Of a DNA stretch of 64,000 nt, positions 60,885 through 64,000 are shown piece after piece. Every line of letters starts with the position of its first letter. Position 1 is the stretch's first letter. Source of the DNA: Eledone cirrhosa. Its lineage: Eukaryota. The stretch lies in contig OZ024749.1 in the NCBI GenBank assembly GCA_964016885.1, forward strand, positions 39,804,001-39,868,000. Reading direction: 5' to 3'. The notes below the pieces were generated by a model. The model saw only the letters and a program-made list of their open reading frames with translations, was not told the origin of the DNA and made no database searches. A program made the translations under genes and the position numbers.

Positions 60885-61170
60885 CGATAGTGAAGCATTC
60901 ATTTTGATTTATCTAATGGCTAAAATGTATGTGGCTCCTCACATCTGCACAAACAACCACGCCATCCATGTTGTTCAAGGGCAAGAAAGGCAATGACCGA
61001 TATAGCTTGGCACCAGTGACGTCGCAAATCATTACTACAGCTGATTAAACTGGAGCAACGTGAAATAAAGTGTCTTGCTCAAGGACTCAATGCATCACCT
61101 AGTCCAAAATTCGATCTCACAACCTCCCCATTTCAAGCCTAAGCTCTAAGTACAAAGTCATACGCCTTCA
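60885..61170 (-). mobile_element. Degenerate CORE-type SINE related to S2
   Basis: ggagcaacgtgaaataaagtgtcttgctcaaggac is shared with S2, but the 3' part differs. Confidence 0.7.
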
Positions 61171-61717
61171 CTTGTAACCAAATCTCCTCAAATTATATCA
61201 GATCATCTTTTCTGTTTCATCTCTTAGTGGGGGAGTGAACTTCAGTACCCATAATCCTTTTTCAGAGGAATCCAAGAGAGGCTGGAGGAGGAGGGTGTAG
61301 ATAAGGCATCCATAAACTAGAAACCGGTTCTGAATGTTTGCATCAGAGTGGACACAGCTAAAGGCATTCAAGGGCCGTGGCCAGTTGGAGTTGTGGGTAA
61401 CGGTGGGGTCTGAACTGAGGACGCAAAGATATTGTTCAATTAATAACAAGACATTCTCATCGACGCTCTCACAATTTCGCAAGGTCTCCGCCCTTGCCTG
61501 GGATCTGATTTAACGACCCTAGAAGGATTAAATCTAAAGTTGACGACGGCGAGATTTCAACTGAGAATGCAAGGAACTGAAGTAAATACCGCAACATATT
61601 TGGTCCAACGTTCAAACACTTCTGCAATTTAACAGCCATATATGGAAGATGGAATGGTCTCCGCGGGAATGCCCTTGATCAAAGATAGGTATGTCCTATT
61701 AGAGCTGCCTTGTATCT

Positions 61718-62100
61718 AAACAACAGCAAGGGCAGTAGCAGCAACAGCAGAAGCAGCAACAGCAGAAGCAATAGCAGCAGCAACAACAACAGAAACAATA
61801 GCAACAGCAGCAACAGCAGCAGCAACAACAACAGCAACATCATCATAAGCAACAACAACAAAAACAACAATATCATAATCGTCAGCAGCAGCAGCAGTAG
61901 CAGCGACAGCAGTAGTAACAGCGACAGCAGCAGCAGTAACAGCAGCAGCAACAACAGCAACGGCAGCAGCAACAAGAGCAACTGCAGCAGCAGCAACAGC
62001 AACAACAGCAACAAAAACAGCAACATCATCATATCATCATCATCATCATCATCCTCATCCTCATCATCATCAGCAGCAGCAACAGCAGCAGTAGCAACAG
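61718..62100. repeat. (CAG/CAA)n and (CAT)n repeat
   Basis: Directly visible. Confidence 0.9.
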
Positions 62101-62294
62101 CTTAGTAGAATTATACTGAAATTTCCTCAGAGCAAGTTACAGTCTGTAGACAGCATTTACTTCAGCTTTTCATCCAATGTCTACTTCTATAATAAAGGTA
62201 CGAACAATTTACAGAAGTTAGACTTTTGGGTTTAATATAATTGGAAGGTCTGAGACACCCACTGGTTCGGCTTCCAGATCCAGATATGAGGTGA

Positions 62295-63022
62295 TGGAAG
62301 TGTGGTGTAGTGGTGGTAGTGTTGTCGTTATTGCTGGTGGTGGTGGTGGTGGTGTATGTGGTAGTGGTGGCTTTATCGTGGTGGTGGTGGTAGCTGTATC
62401 GTGATGGTGGAAGCTGTATCATGGAGGTAGTGGTGATGGTGGCTGTATCGTGGCGGCGGCGGTGGTGGTGGTGGTGGTGGTGGTCAGTGGTGTTGTTATA
62501 TCGTGATAGTGGGGGTGTTGGTGGTTGGCGCGGGGGTTATATCGTGATAGTGGGGGGGGTGATGGCTGTATCGTGGTGGTGGCGTTATCGTGATGGTGGT
62601 AGCTATATCGTGGTGGTGGTGGTGGTGGTTGTGGTGGTTTATAGGCTATCGTAGTGATGGTAGTGGTGTATAGTGGCAGTGGGGTGGTGATAGCAATGGA
62701 GTGACGATAGCGATGGTGGTGGTATTGATGGTGCTGTTCGTGGTGTGGTGGTAGTGGTAGTAATGGTGGTGGTGCTGATGGTGTTGTTGGTGGTGTGATG
62801 GTAGTGCTGTTGTGGTGGTGGTGGAGGTGGTGGTGGTTGTGGTGGTGGTTGTGTGATGGTAGTGGTGGTGTGGTGGGGGTGGTTGTGGTGGCAGTGGTGG
62901 TTTGGTAGTTGTAAAGGTGAGGTGACCTGGTGGAGGTGGTGGTGGTGGTTGTTGTGGTGGTGGCGATGCTGATGGTGTTGGTGGTGTGATGGTAGTGCTG
63001 GTGCGATGGAGGTAGTGGTGGT

Positions 63023-63094
<72 letters not shown>

Positions 63095-63515
63095 AGGGGG
63101 GGGGGGGTGTAATGATGATATTACTAATATGGTAAGAGTTGGTGATGGTACAGTATTTTACAAAATTACTCAACGCTTGGTGTAGTGGTGTTAATGTATG
63201 TTGCTGTAGTGGTGTTACTAATGTGCTAGTAGTGGTAACAGTGGTGATATGGTAGTAGTGGTTGTATTGTTGTTGTTGTGGTGTTGTTGTTGTTGTTGTT
63301 GTTGTTGGTGGTGGTGGTGATAGTGGTAGTAGTGGTTGTATTGTTGTGGTGGTGGTGTTGTTGGTGGTGGTAGTGGTGTTGTTGTTGGTGGTGGTGGTGG
63401 TGGCGGTGGTGGTGGTGGTGGTGGTGGTGGTGGTGGTGGTGGTGATGACGTGCTGGTAATGGCGGTAGTCATAGTGAAGTGCTGATGGTGGGGTTAATGG
63501 TAGTAGTAGTGGTAC
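62295..63515. repeat. Degenerate (GGT)n region with (TG)n
   Basis: Directly visible. Confidence 0.85.
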
Positions 63516-63705
63516 AGTTCCTGCTATTTGACAAAAGTACTCAAAGCTATTCCAACCATTTCAACAGAAAACACATGTCGATCACGTGATTGTTTTTCTT
63601 CTTTTTTTTTATCTCTTCGTAATGGTGTCGAGTGTTGACAGTTTGTGGTATGGGTATATGTGTGTACATGCAAGTGCGTATTCATATGCATGCATATATA
63701 TAGAT

Positions 63706-63758
<53 letters not shown>

Positions 63759-63811
63759 ATTGTGTGTATATGTACACGTATAAAGATGTATATCTATATA
63801 TGTGTATATAC

Positions 63812-63879
<68 letters not shown>

Positions 63880-64000
63880 GTATTCTTTTTGTGTCTGACT
63901 GTATATGATAGTAAAGCTGTGTTATATTTTTGTGTGTATGTGTATCTGTGTCTATGTATATCTGTGTGTGTATCTGTGTATGAATGTGTATCTGTGTGTG

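Noticed and set aside
61198-61482. 94-aa non-repetitive ORF and nearby plus-strand acceptor-like site
   Set aside because: No recognisable motif, a non-ATG start and early stops after the acceptor.

Overview
Non-coding, microsatellite-saturated animal genomic DNA. The SINE families look like those of octopus/cephalopod genomes; this is my recognition, not a search result. I found no supportable host protein-coding gene, and nearly all listed ORFs are translations of (TA)n, (CA)n, (TATG)n, (GTG)n or (TAG)n tracts. The window contains: (1) more than 20 copies or fragments of a tRNA-derived SINE, including a 4x204-bp tandem array delimited by repeated target-site duplications, plus a second Arg-tRNA/CORE-type SINE; (2) Tc1/mariner-type, Tc2-like and hAT MITEs with TIRs and TSDs; (3) three 3'-terminal LINE fragments (one R4/Dong-like, two RTE-like); (4) many mini- and microsatellites. 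The most interesting signal is a set of short (150-250 bp) non-coding elements from several unrelated families, mostly embedded in (TA)n tracts, that carry type-I hammerhead ribozyme motifs of the Penelope-like/retrozyme kind. Three families share a GTACTCAATAC motif near the (TA)n junction. Several end in a fold-back hairpin centred on the ribozyme. In the 5-copy family, copy-private substitutions are mirrored in both hairpin arms while the junctions differ, which suggests the hairpin is rebuilt at each insertion.
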